IMG/VR virus record: IMGVR_UViG_3300021408_000050 | Coordinates: 1 to 27,545 of that record | Origin: a virus | Lineage: Duplodnaviria > Caudoviricetes | Length of the DNA: 27,545 nt | Strand: one strand, 5' to 3' | Part shown: piece after piece, positions 9,025-18,705 of the stretch | Position numbering within the stretch: the first letter of the stretch is position 1 | Layout of the letters: the number at the start of each line of letters is the position of its first letter | Program-made: the position numbers and the translations under genes | The notes under the pieces: model-generated | The model's database searches: none | What the model saw: the letters and a program-made list of their open reading frames with translations, nothing else | What the model was told of the DNA's origin: nothing

Positions 9025-10977
9025 ATGACTGCCACTGGATATACAAGTGGTGACCCCAACAAGGTAGATGTTTCCAACGAAACTTCTCCGGTCGGGTTCG
9101 GTATGGCAGCATCCGCAAGCTACAAGATTTCTGTAGGGGTCGGGACAGATATTCCTTCTGTCTATTCCCTGAACTCAACCGGTGGTGGAAATCTCAACTC
9201 TCCTCATTTCCGGGCGGACTCAGCCGCTGCCTCTTCTCTCCTCGTAACGTCGAGGGTCACCGGAGATTCTTCTTCCCGATTCGCTGCGACAATCAGCGGA
9301 GATCTTTCTTGGGGTGGAGGAAGTGGGTCGCGGGATGTAAATCTCAAGCGAGAAGCTGCGGACATTCTTCGGACCGATGACAGGTTCGTGATCGGTAGTG
9401 CATACGGGGCAGCTACTTACGCAGCTCTGCCGAAGGGAATCACAAACCGCAGTGAGACTGCCGGTCTTATTGTGGGAAGTTCATATTCTGGTGGAGATGA
9501 TGACGGGACAGGAACTGACTCCACAGGACGTATCAACCTGTACGCCTACCAGCGTGCGAACGTAGGAAGTTTCGGAGAGACCATCAGGAATTTTCTGATG
9601 CGGTCTGATGCAAAAGCCATGACAGTTTGGTACGGCCCAGAAGATGGGTTGAAGAAATCAAACTACAACGCAACAACTCGTGATCCGGAAAGTGGTTCCA
9701 CCTGGAAGCCGTGGACGTGGACAGGTTCACACTTTGAGGCGAACAATCATGCAAGTGTTCACGGTCACTGGGAAGTGGAAGTTCCAGATTCTACCGGTGC
9801 ACTTCAGGGACGCTTGGAAATTCCGTTCATCGATCAGTCCAAGTTGGGTGGACTCGGCGGGACGATTGATGACACCACCATCGGTGTGGACTGGACGAAC
9901 ATCCGGACCAACCTTGCAGACTTTTCTGTCCGTGCTCAGAACATCACGAGTGGAGATTTCACCGGGCAGAATACTGCACTAAGGGTCGGGGGAAATAACG
10001 CTGTCAACAAGGATATTGTTCTGGCGATTTCCTCGGACATGCAGACTGCTGGCCGACGGTGGATTATCCGAGGAAACATCGATACGGAAGCCGGAAGTAA
10101 TGCAGGAACAAACTTCCAGATTTCTCGTTGTGCGGATGATGGGTCAATTATTGGAACGCCATTCTTCATTCAGCGTTCTGATGGACAGATCACGAACGGT
10201 GCTGCGTCGGCAAAGGGTTCTCGTTTTGCTGCGGTGTGGGCTACGTCTGCAATCCATGGATTCTCTGCTCAGCCGTCCGCAACGATCGGTTCTGCTGCGG
10301 CATTCGATGCACAGATGTCCGCCACGACAGAACGTGTTTTCCAGTCGACTGTCACCGGAGATGCGAACCGTCGTCATGTAATTTACACAGATGGAAAGTA
10401 TGAGTGGGGAGATGGAACCGCAACGCGAGATGTAAATATTTACCGTTCTGCTGCTGGTGTTCTGAAGACAGATAACTCCTTCATTATTGGAGCGTCCCTG
10501 TCTGTCACGACTGCGATCAATGGTGGAAGTTCTTCAAGTGGAAACCTCACTCTGAATTCCACTACGCACGCCACGAAGGGAAAGATTTTTCTTGGTGCAA
10601 ACTCTGCATACGACGAAGTAAATTCTCGTCTTGGTGTAGGCACCACTTCCCCTTCCATGAACATTGATTCACAGAGGGCGGTGGCTGGTAACTCTGCATA
10701 CGGTGCTCGTGTAATCGGGGATGCCGGTGCGCGGTTCGTCATCAATGCTGATGGAGGAATGGTGTGGGGTTCTGGTGCCGGTTCTACAGACGTAAGCCTC
10801 TTCCGTTCTGCTGCGGACAAGTTGAAGACTGATGACATGTTCATCGCTGCTCTGGGAATCGGGGTAGGAAATTCTGCTGCTGCAACTACGCCGGGAACGG
10901 TAGCCCGAAAGATTCAGGTATTCGATGCGGCTGGTGCTTCTCTCGGCTTCATCCCGGTGTACGACGCAATTTCGTAA
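9025..10977 (+). CDS. Virion fibre/appendage protein with three internal repeats
   Basis: G/S/T/A-rich 650 aa; three repeats ending 'DV.L.R.AA..LKTDD'; GAGG RBS. Confidence 0.7.
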   Translation: MTATGYTSGDPNKVDVSNETSPVGFGMAASASYKISVGVGTDIPSVYSLNSTGGGNLNSPHFRADSAAASSLLVTSRVTGDSSSRFAATISGDLSWGGGSGSRDVNLKREAADILRTDDRFVIGSAYGAATYAALPKGITNRSETAGLIVGSSYSGGDDDGTGTDSTGRINLYAYQRANVGSFGETIRNFLMRSDAKAMTVWYGPEDGLKKSNYNATTRDPESGSTWKPWTWTGSHFEANNHASVHGHWEVEVPDSTGALQGRLEIPFIDQSKLGGLGGTIDDTTIGVDWTNIRTNLADFSVRAQNITSGDFTGQNTALRVGGNNAVNKDIVLAISSDMQTAGRRWIIRGNIDTEAGSNAGTNFQISRCADDGSIIGTPFFIQRSDGQITNGAASAKGSRFAAVWATSAIHGFSAQPSATIGSAAAFDAQMSATTERVFQSTVTGDANRRHVIYTDGKYEWGDGTATRDVNIYRSAAGVLKTDNSFIIGASLSVTTAINGGSSSSGNLTLNSTTHATKGKIFLGANSAYDEVNSRLGVGTTSPSMNIDSQRAVAGNSAYGARVIGDAGARFVINADGGMVWGSGAGSTDVSLFRSAADKLKTDDMFIAALGIGVGNSAAATTPGTVARKIQVFDAAGASLGFIPVYDAIS

Positions 10978-10988
10978 AGGGGAAAATC

Positions 10989-11357
10989 ATGGTTGCTGTA
11001 CGAACCACGATGCGACCTTTTGAGACCATCGAGGTAACAGAAACTGAGTTCACAGATCTGGAAATTCAAGGTCTGATCTACACAGACTGGAATGTTCTGT
11101 GGGTTAATTTCTACATGTACGTAGCCGGTCCACTGGCAACAGTTACCGGAGTACAAATCAGGATCCAAGATTCTGAAGATGTATATGTAATTTCCACAAC
11201 CAGTACAGGAGTTCTTAACGAGGACATCGGAACTTATTTTTACCGATGGCTCGAAGAAGATCAGCCTGGACCTGGTGATTACACAGTGACATGGACAGCG
11301 ACTGACGGACAGGGAAATCCTGTGACTGCCGTCGAGACTGTCACGATCGAAGAATAG
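10989..11357 (+). CDS. Putative virion decoration protein (N-terminal peptide plus Ig-like domain)
   Basis: C-terminal beta-rich domain 'G.Y...W...GDYTVTWTATDG'; N-terminus homologous to 13554..13742. Confidence 0.7.
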   Translation: MVAVRTTMRPFETIEVTETEFTDLEIQGLIYTDWNVLWVNFYMYVAGPLATVTGVQIRIQDSEDVYVISTTSTGVLNEDIGTYFYRWLEEDQPGPGDYTVTWTATDGQGNPVTAVETVTIEE

Positions 11358-11364
11358 GAGTGAA

Positions 11365-12129
11365 GTGGTGAGTACATTTCTTCAGGGAGACGACGGAACT
11401 TTTACCGCTCAGTTCTACGAGTACGCGGGAGGACCGGCAACAAATCTCACTGGCGTAACCGTAGAAATTACAAAGGTGGGAGAAGTTGTTCCTGCTGTTC
11501 CTGCCACAGCATCGGGAGTAACGAACCCGGCAACAGGTTTCTACACGTTCGTATGGGCCGTTCCGCTAGGGCAGGACACCGGAGACTACACAATCGTCTG
11601 GGAGGGCACAGACGGACAGTCAGAGATTATTCAGGCTAGTGAAGTCTTCACTGTAGGCGCTGCTGTTTCTGGAACGTGGGCGACAGTAGCTGATGTTCTG
11701 GAAATCACAGGCGAGACTGTCACCTCTGCAAAACTTCGTCAGGCACAATATGTCATTGACATGAAGTCTGGCCGTAGTTACGAAATTCACGACATGCTCG
11801 TTGCAAATAGTCGCCGAAGGGATCTGCATTATCTGAAGCTGGCAACGGCGTATCAGGCAGCGTGGATGAAATCTCAGCCTGATATGTTCGGGCGTATGAA
11901 TCTCACAAACGTGAATGCAGATTCTTCTTCTGCAACATTCGGTGTAGATGCCATGTCGCTTGGACCCCTGGCACGGGGAGCACTGAAACGGGTTTCTTGG
12001 CAGGGCACTCGTTCTTTGCGGGTGAAGAAAGATCCTGCATCTGTCATCCCGTACATGAGCGGCCAGAGGATTCCTCCTGCCGGTTCCCCCATCTATGACC
12101 AGCCCTATGACGGATGGAGCCAGATGTGA
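11365..12129 (+). CDS. Head-to-tail adaptor with N-terminal Ig-like domain
   Basis: C-terminal part begins 'WATVADVLEITG', with 'LKLATAYQAAWM' typical of actinophage adaptors; GGAG RBS. Confidence 0.75.
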   Translation: MVSTFLQGDDGTFTAQFYEYAGGPATNLTGVTVEITKVGEVVPAVPATASGVTNPATGFYTFVWAVPLGQDTGDYTIVWEGTDGQSEIIQASEVFTVGAAVSGTWATVADVLEITGETVTSAKLRQAQYVIDMKSGRSYEIHDMLVANSRRRDLHYLKLATAYQAAWMKSQPDMFGRMNLTNVNADSSSATFGVDAMSLGPLARGALKRVSWQGTRSLRVKKDPASVIPYMSGQRIPPAGSPIYDQPYDGWSQM

Positions 12130-12455
12130 GAGCCATCGCTAACACGACGATTTCTATTCTCGGCGGGACAGCAGAAGATGAGTTCGGAGAACAGACAGAT
12201 TCAGGAACCGTTCTATCTTCGGAAATTCCCGCTGCTGTGACCGAACAGACCAGGCAGATGTCTACTCAGGAAAACCCCACGCCACACGTGGTGAGGTTTA
12301 CGGTGTGCCGGGTAGGTTCAGACACGCAGGTAGAAGAAACAAATATCGTGCTTGACGAAGGTACAGGAAACAAGTACACCATCCAGGGAAAGTCTCAGAC
12401 CGGAGGATTCGGAATGAAGAATGATCTGAGGCTGGACCTCCGGCGCATCACGTGA
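12126..12455 (+). CDS. Head-to-tail stopper / head closure protein
   Basis: GTGA coupling; 109-aa beta-rich protein; 'DEFGE' early motif; synteny. Confidence 0.7.
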   Translation: MRAIANTTISILGGTAEDEFGEQTDSGTVLSSEIPAAVTEQTRQMSTQENPTPHVVRFTVCRVGSDTQVEETNIVLDEGTGNKYTIQGKSQTGGFGMKNDLRLDLRRIT

Positions 12456-12554
12456 CAACCGGGGAAACTCGGTGCACACTGATTCCTGACGGCCCCCTAA
12501 GCGGGAAAACTGCACGGGTTGTCAACCGACCACCATCCGAAAAGGAGGGCGGCC
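12453..12554 (+). ncRNA. Candidate multi-stem cis-regulatory RNA element
   Basis: TGACAACC/GGTTGTCA closing stem, GAAA tetraloop hairpin, GTGCA/TGCAC and TTCCTG/CGGGAA stems, SD-occluding hairpin. Confidence 0.4.
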
Positions 12555-12842
12555 ATGGCAGACTATGAATTCACCATGAGCAGCGGAGCCGACCAACATA
12601 TTAAACAAGCGACAGAAGAATTCCTGAACATGATCGGTGGAGAAATTCTTTCCGACATGCAGCGTGCTGTTCCGGTGGACAGCGGCGACCTGAAGGATTC
12701 TCTGATCGCAGAAGTTTCGAACCAGGAACTTCGAGTCGGTTCCAAGGATGTCGATTATTCTGTCGATGTTGAAATGGGAACTTCACGCTCTCCTGCGCAG
12801 CCCTACATGAGGCCATCACTTTTCCGCAGGAGGACACCGTGA
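12555..12842 (+). CDS. HK97 gp10-like neck protein
   Basis: 'PVDSGDLKDS', 'Y...VEMGTS...AQPYMRP' signature; AGGAGG RBS. Confidence 0.9.
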   Translation: MADYEFTMSSGADQHIKQATEEFLNMIGGEILSDMQRAVPVDSGDLKDSLIAEVSNQELRVGSKDVDYSVDVEMGTSRSPAQPYMRPSLFRRRTP

Positions 12843-13303
12843 CTACGACGCTGCGTCCCACCACAGAACTTGTTGCCGTCGCCTGGCTTCAGTCTCTTTT
12901 TTCTGATCCGATGGTGGCAACGACACTTCCTAAGCCTGGAGCTGATGGAAGTATTTCTTGGCAGTCCACGGGATTTGTGGTTCCTACTGTCGTGGGTGGA
13001 TCTCCGGATCTTTACATCCCGACGAGGAATCCTGTTATCGGCGTGGACACCTGGGCAGCGAAACTTAATTCCCAGAAAGTTCCGTGGGATCTGGCCAACA
13101 ACATTGCTGAAGAAATCTGGGCGAGCTTTAGCGTCAAGGAAAACTTCAACAGTGAACTCACCATCACAAAGGGAGCAGTCACCTATCCCAGCGTGAAGGT
13201 TCTTGAGGCGTGGTCGCACACAGAAATCCGAAGGATCTCCAATGATCCTGCGGGATATGCCCACTACAGTTTCGACATGGGTTTCTCCTGGGTGGAAATC
13301 TGA
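12839..13303 (+). CDS. Tail terminator protein
   Basis: Follows gp10-like gene, precedes major tail; 154 aa; GTGA coupling. Confidence 0.75.
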   Translation: MTTTLRPTTELVAVAWLQSLFSDPMVATTLPKPGADGSISWQSTGFVVPTVVGGSPDLYIPTRNPVIGVDTWAAKLNSQKVPWDLANNIAEEIWASFSVKENFNSELTITKGAVTYPSVKVLEAWSHTEIRRISNDPAGYAHYSFDMGFSWVEI

Positions 13304-13566
13304 TGCCCGAGAAGCGATGGGCCATGCGAGGAAATATCTCAGGGGAACTTCTTTCTCTCGGTGGAAAAATTATTGTGCACGATAGCCGAGAGGAACTTCT
13401 CTGGGGGATGGATCCTAGCGGAGTTACCATCATGGAATGTCCGGTAAGTATCCGGAATGAAGAAACCTTGGAACTGATTTTCCATCCGCAAGTGGTCAAC
13501 CAGCCGTGGGCTAAGAAAAGGCTTGCGGAACGTCTGAAGAAGGAGAACATCTCATGCGAAAGGTGA
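13303..13566 (+). CDS. Hypothetical protein
   Basis: TGATG coupling; 87 aa. Confidence 0.65.
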   Translation: MPEKRWAMRGNISGELLSLGGKIIVHDSREELLWGMDPSGVTIMECPVSIRNEETLELIFHPQVVNQPWAKKRLAERLKKENISCER

Positions 13567-13742
13567 AGACTACACTTCGCCCTGACGAGACGATCGATGT
13601 AGGAGAGGCAGAGTTTCTGGATCTGGATCGTCAGGGACTCATCTCCGAAGAGGTCTCCGATGGTGAAGAAGAGGCACCGGCCAAGGAGAGTGGAAAGAAC
13701 ATCTCCGCACCCTCCAAGGTTCAGGAAAAGAAGGAGGCGTAA
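13554..13742 (+). CDS. Small protein with conserved TT.RP.E.I.V...EF.DL..QGLI peptide
   Basis: AAGGAG RBS; homologous to the N-terminus of 10989..11357. Confidence 0.75.
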   Translation: MRKVKTTLRPDETIDVGEAEFLDLDRQGLISEEVSDGEEEAPAKESGKNISAPSKVQEKKEA

Positions 13743-13745
13743 GTC

Positions 13746-14306
13746 ATGGCTGTAACTACGACCAACTTTATTCAGGGCCCGGCAACTATTTACACCGGAG
13801 CGTTCGGTGTTGCTGAGCCGGTGGATACTGCGGTTGCCACTCCTCCGAGCACTGGATGGACGGACAGTGGCGGTACGCAGGATGGTCTGAAGATGACATT
13901 CGACCAGAAGTATTCTGCGATGGAATGTGACCAGATTGTGGACAACCCTGGTTCTCGTCTGGTGGAGCGAACCACTACCGCAGAAACCAACATGGCTGAA
14001 GCGACTCTCGAAAATCTGAAGGTTGCGCTTAACGGTGGAACCATCACTACGGGAACAGGCTTCAAGAAGTATGAGCCTGCTTACGCCACGTCGGCAACTC
14101 AGCCCACGTACTCCGCTCTCTGCATTGACGGATACGCACCGGGACTTTCCTTCGCCCGACGTGTCATTGTCCGCAAGGTTCTCAACACGGACAAGGTGGA
14201 ATACGCATACACGAAGGACAAGCAATCGGTGTGGAGTGTGAAGTTCGAATCACACTTTGTTTCTACCTCGATCGCTCCATTCATCGTGGTTGACGCAACC
14301 GCCTGA
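13746..14306 (+). CDS. Major tail (tube) protein
   Basis: 'GPATIYTG', 'GGTQDG', 'EATLENL' motifs; AGGAGG RBS; before chaperone and tape measure. Confidence 0.9.
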   Translation: MAVTTTNFIQGPATIYTGAFGVAEPVDTAVATPPSTGWTDSGGTQDGLKMTFDQKYSAMECDQIVDNPGSRLVERTTTAETNMAEATLENLKVALNGGTITTGTGFKKYEPAYATSATQPTYSALCIDGYAPGLSFARRVIVRKVLNTDKVEYAYTKDKQSVWSVKFESHFVSTSIAPFIVVDATA

Positions 14307-14329
14307 TCCCACAAGAAAAAAAAAGAAGC

Positions 14330-14380
14330 GGGCGGGTGGATCTGTTCGCACATTCCATGTAGCGGTCCACCCGTTCTCTT
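14330..14380 (+). terminator. Hairpin after major tail gene
   Basis: GGGCGGGTGGATC / GGTCCACCCGTTC stem; A run upstream, TCTT downstream. Confidence 0.55.
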
Positions 14381-14418
14381 CGGTCAACAAAAACTTCTAG
14401 AAAAGTTAAGAGCGCATC

Positions 14419-14766
14419 ATGACGAACATCGAAGACATCAAGCCGGTAGAACTCAAGACTGACACGACTCCTGACGCAAAGAAGCGGGTAACTATTTTCA
14501 CGATTGCTGATGCGGAGGGGAAGAAGACTGAGTACACCATTCCTGCTAAGCCCCGTCCGAACATCGCACTGAAGTACATGTGGACTCTGAAAACCACAGG
14601 AAACGGTGACACTGCCGCTGCTCAACTTCTGGAAGACATGTTGGGAGAAGAGGGCTACATGGCTCTCATGGCTTGGGACGATCTGGAAGTTGAACAGTTC
14701 AAGAATATTCTGGACATCTGCAAGGATGTTTCTATGGGTGGGATGGAAGAGGCAATGGGAAACTGA
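14419..14766 (+). CDS. Tail assembly chaperone (G-like)
   Basis: Between major tail and tape measure; ends in slippery G GGA AAC. Confidence 0.88.
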   Translation: MTNIEDIKPVELKTDTTPDAKKRVTIFTIADAEGKKTEYTIPAKPRPNIALKYMWTLKTTGNGDTAAAQLLEDMLGEEGYMALMAWDDLEVEQFKNILDICKDVSMGGMEEAMGN

Positions 14767-15146
14767 TTGCGCGGGCCGAGCAAATTGTATGGGTCCTCGA
14801 TCACCTCGCAGATCTGGAAGCTGATTTCCTGGTCTTCTACCGGATCGAGGACCCATTTTCTTTGGACGGTCCGCGCTTCTTCCGACTGGCTTGGAGAGCA
14901 TCGGCGTATCAGGGTTCGATGCGTGCCGTGGCTGAGGCTCAGGAGAACAGACGACAGGGATATGGACAGCGAGAGCCAGGCAGTTACAACAGGCCCTCAG
15001 AAGCCCGTACAGAGCCTCAGCAAGAAGTTACAAAACCAGCTATAGAAAAAACTCAACAGCAGTGGTTGCGAGAAAACTACAATCCTAACGCCACAGATTT
15101 CAACGGAGAAACCTTCGACTGGAATCCACTGATGCAACAGATCTGA
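14419..15146 (+). CDS. Tail assembly chaperone, -1 frameshift product (GT-like)
   Basis: GGGAAAC at 14757-14763; -1 frame is open (KLIARAEQIVWVLDHLADLEADF...FFRLAWR...) to the stop at 15146. Confidence 0.85.
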
Positions 15147-15167
15147 AAATTTAAGGAGGTGTGATTC

Positions 15168-17474
15168 ATGGCTGAAGGTGGATCGTTCCAGATCGCTTCA
15201 GGATTTGTGCGAGTGACTGCACAGCCTGATGCAGATGGTGCTGAGAATGCCATGCAAGCTATGGGCGGCCGGATGGCTGCTGTGGCTGGTGGTCTCGGGT
15301 TGGGTGCGCTGGTTACCAAGGGGCTCGTAGATAATCTCAATGCAGGTGCTGCCACTGCAAAACTTCAAGCGCAGATGGGTCTTACCAAGGGCGTCGCTGC
15401 CGACATGGGAAAAGCTTCTGGAGAAATTTACCGAGATGGATTCGGTGGATCAATCTCAGAAGTTAATGATTCCATCAAGGCTGTAGGAACCAACATTGGT
15501 GACCTCAGTTCTATGTCCAAGACCGAAATCAAGAGCATGTCTTCGGCTGCTCTAGGTCTTTCAGAAGTCTTCGGAGTGGATGTTAATGATTCCACTAAGG
15601 CTGCTGGACAGATGATGAAAAATGGACTTGCCAAGGACGGCAAGGAAGCCATGGACATCATCACCAAGGGAATGCAGATGGGTCTTGACTCGTCTGGAGA
15701 TTTCTTGGACACCATGACGGAGTACAGCCCTCAGTTCACCAAGCTTGGAATTGATGGTCCACAAGCACTAGGACTTCTTTCTCAGGGTCTAAAGGCAGGT
15801 GCGAAAGACACAGACGTTATTGCAGACGCCTTTAAGGAATTTTCGCTGCGGGCAATCGACGGTTCCAAACAAACTTCTGATGCCTACAAGGGCATTGGAC
15901 TGGACGCAGATAAAACTTCTGCTGCCATCGCAAAGGGTGGACCTTCCGCACAGAAGGCAACAGCTCAGGTAATTGAAGGTCTGAAGAAAGTTAAGGATCC
16001 TCAAGAACAGAACAGGATCGGTGTTGCTCTCTTCGGAACGCAGTGGGAAGACACTCTTAGGACAATTATTCCGAAGATGGATATGTCTGCCGCCGCTACA
16101 ACCAAGGTAAAAGATTCCACCAAGACCATGAATGACACCATGGCAGCTACACCCCAAGCAAAAATTGAGGGTGTGAAGCGGGCTATGGAAGGCTGGCTGA
16201 TGTCAGCTACACAACTTCCTGGTCCGTTGGGAACTATCGGCGCAGGAATGATTGCGATGGGTCCTGGCGCGATTACTGCCGCTGCTGGTATTTCTGTCAT
16301 CGCAGCAAATATGGGTTTGACAGTTGCATCAATCGGCACTGCTATCAAGGCTGCTGCTGCGTGGGCTCTCCAGACGGTTAAGTCTGCTGCTACCGCTACG
16401 GCTTCTGTCGTCGCCACAGTGGCCCGTCAGGTGGCTGCATGGGTTGTTCTTGGTGTGCAATCGATGCTTGCTGCTGCGCGGGTTGCTGCGGCATGGCTTA
16501 TTTCTCTCGGACCTATTGCAATCGTGATTGCTGCTGTCGTAGGACTTGTAGCTCTCATTATTGCAAACTGGGACACCATTAAAAGTGCAATCGGAAAGGC
16601 TTGGGACTGGATCAAGGAAAAGACTGTTGCTATCTGGAATGGACTCAAGGAGTTCATGAAGAAAGCATTCGAGTTCTTGAAGAATATTTTCCTGAACTTC
16701 ACAGGTCCCGGCCTCATTATCAAGCACTGGGAAACTATCAAGAAAGCAACCGGTGCAGCCTGGAAGTGGGTTAAGGATTCTGTATCCAGCGCATTTAATT
16801 TCTTGAAGGATATTTTCTTCAAGTTCACTGGTCCTGGAATTGTAATCAAGCACTGGGCTCAGATCAAGAACTTCATCACCAACTCCATTAATTCAGCTAA
16901 AAAAGCTGTTACAGATGCTGTTGGAAAAATTGTTTCTAGCGTCACAGGAATTAAAGACAGGGTGATGAGTGCCCTGAGTGGTGCTGGAAAATGGCTTGTT
17001 GAGTCCGGGAAGAAAATCATCCAGGGCCTCATCGACGGTATCAAGAACATGGCAGGAAATGTTAAGGACGCAATCGGCGGTGTGCTCAGCGATGCACGAG
17101 ACTTGCTGCCGTTCTCGCCTGCCAAGGAAGGTCCGTTCTCTGGCAAGGGATGGACTACTTATTCCGGTGCCTCCATTGTTGACGGCATGATCGAGGGTGT
17201 GGATTCTCGCATTCCTAGCCTTGCTGCAAAAATGGGAAGCATGGTTAAGACAGCTTCTGTTCCGGTTCATACCATCAACAGCCCGACAGTTCCTGTCCGT
17301 GGAAATCTTGCAGTTCCCAGCATGGCAGGAACACAGCAGCGGGTACAGAAAATCCAGAACTTGAATGTTCACATCAAGGGAATTCTTGACCCGAAGAATC
17401 CGCAGGCGACTCGTGAGCTGATCGCAGAACTACACGAGCGGCTGGACGACTACGCCAAAGAATATGCTAGGTGA
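15168..17474 (+). CDS. Tape measure protein
   Basis: 768 aa, Ala/Gly-rich helical; 'DAFKEF' and 'ALFGTQWED' core, hydrophobic stretch, Trp-periodic repeats, 'PFSPAKEGPFSG'; AAGGAGG RBS. Confidence 0.95.
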   Translation: MAEGGSFQIASGFVRVTAQPDADGAENAMQAMGGRMAAVAGGLGLGALVTKGLVDNLNAGAATAKLQAQMGLTKGVAADMGKASGEIYRDGFGGSISEVNDSIKAVGTNIGDLSSMSKTEIKSMSSAALGLSEVFGVDVNDSTKAAGQMMKNGLAKDGKEAMDIITKGMQMGLDSSGDFLDTMTEYSPQFTKLGIDGPQALGLLSQGLKAGAKDTDVIADAFKEFSLRAIDGSKQTSDAYKGIGLDADKTSAAIAKGGPSAQKATAQVIEGLKKVKDPQEQNRIGVALFGTQWEDTLRTIIPKMDMSAAATTKVKDSTKTMNDTMAATPQAKIEGVKRAMEGWLMSATQLPGPLGTIGAGMIAMGPGAITAAAGISVIAANMGLTVASIGTAIKAAAAWALQTVKSAATATASVVATVARQVAAWVVLGVQSMLAAARVAAAWLISLGPIAIVIAAVVGLVALIIANWDTIKSAIGKAWDWIKEKTVAIWNGLKEFMKKAFEFLKNIFLNFTGPGLIIKHWETIKKATGAAWKWVKDSVSSAFNFLKDIFFKFTGPGIVIKHWAQIKNFITNSINSAKKAVTDAVGKIVSSVTGIKDRVMSALSGAGKWLVESGKKIIQGLIDGIKNMAGNVKDAIGGVLSDARDLLPFSPAKEGPFSGKGWTTYSGASIVDGMIEGVDSRIPSLAAKMGSMVKTASVPVHTINSPTVPVRGNLAVPSMAGTQQRVQKIQNLNVHIKGILDPKNPQATRELIAELHERLDDYAKEYAR

Positions 17475-17481
17475 GTAAATA

Positions 17482-18705
17482 ATGACTGATGCATCATTCG
17501 GTACCGTGACAATTGGCCGTCTGGTACTCCGAGAAGATTTCATTGCATCCACTGGAAATGAAGCAGGAGGAAAAAGGACACTGTCACTATCGGGGCAGGA
17601 AAGTTCTCCGCCTCTTACAGCGGCTGTTCTGAAGCAGCGTCGGGAGGATATTAACTCTCTTGGTGCTTGCCTCGTACCTGTGTACTTCACCAACAAGTCA
17701 GACCTGAACGGGTATTACTGGGTCGATAGTTCTTCGGCAGACATCACCAACTGGACTGGAGAAGTTATCCGGTTCGACTGGAAGATTACTCTGGAATTTG
17801 TTGGTCCAGAAAATGCAGTAGACATCGAGTCTCGTCTTACCGGAATTTCACGGCTGAACGATTTCGGTTTCTCAGGCAACCGGTGGCACGCCCCTAGCAT
17901 CGGACACTATGCCTACTCCACAGGCTCTACGTTGCCGACAGGGGTTCTTACCCGCACTGGGGAAGAGGGAGCCATGACGGTCTACACAACGGTTCCGGCG
18001 GATGTAGATCCTCGCTGGGGATGTGACGTTGTGGATTACATGACTGGTTCCTCGCGGGTAAAAGAAAGTTCTCTCGTGCGTACTGGAGTGAACATCACAC
18101 TTGGTGCTGCAACTTGGGAACTAAATAATGCTCTCGTGAAAGTAACTCCCCTCACATCCAGTGGAGTGTTCCGGGTTTCTTCTTACCGGGCTGGATCGTG
18201 GCGAGACAAGGACTGGAACTTTTCTGTAGGAGGAACTACCGGGGCTGAGAGTGTCGGAACATTCGATGCCTGCACCGTCCTCCGCAACGATCCAGAAATG
18301 GTGACTCTGCGCCTGGTAAAAAACAGGACTCCTTCTGGACGAGTAACAGTGGATCTGTCACTTCGTAGGGGTAGCAGATTCGTAGAAGTTTATGCACAGA
18401 GTGACATCTCAACAACTATGTCTGTGTGGCTTCAGACTCTGGAAACCACAACTGACAACAGTGTCATCGGGTACATCACTGCTACGGCTGATGACGCGGG
18501 CGGGAATAAGTTCTCTGCTGGCTCTGCACGGACGTTCACAGTGCACGCCAATGGAGGAGTAACGAAGACTGCCACAGTAGTTCTGGACGCGTTCCTAGGG
18601 GCTCAAGTAGCCGGAAGTTCAGCAGTGTCCGGAGACCAATCAGTAGATCTGAGGAATCAATATCTTCGGACCATGGCTGAGGAAACGAATGGAGTACGAC
18701 GATGA
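17482..18705 (+). CDS. Minor tail protein (distal tail-like)
   Basis: First gene after tape measure; 407 aa, beta-rich. Confidence 0.75.
   Translation: MTDASFGTVTIGRLVLREDFIASTGNEAGGKRTLSLSGQESSPPLTAAVLKQRREDINSLGACLVPVYFTNKSDLNGYYWVDSSSADITNWTGEVIRFDWKITLEFVGPENAVDIESRLTGISRLNDFGFSGNRWHAPSIGHYAYSTGSTLPTGVLTRTGEEGAMTVYTTVPADVDPRWGCDVVDYMTGSSRVKESSLVRTGVNITLGAATWELNNALVKVTPLTSSGVFRVSSYRAGSWRDKDWNFSVGGTTGAESVGTFDACTVLRNDPEMVTLRLVKNRTPSGRVTVDLSLRRGSRFVEVYAQSDISTTMSVWLQTLETTTDNSVIGYITATADDAGGNKFSAGSARTFTVHANGGVTKTATVVLDAFLGAQVAGSSAVSGDQSVDLRNQYLRTMAEETNGVRR

Noticed and set aside
13179-14225. 348-aa minus-strand ORF
   Set aside because: Antisense to well-supported tail genes; no motif or RBS.
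16666-16868. Duplicated FLK.IF..FTGPG..IKHW segment in the tape measure
   Set aside because: Internal repeats are normal for tape measure proteins.
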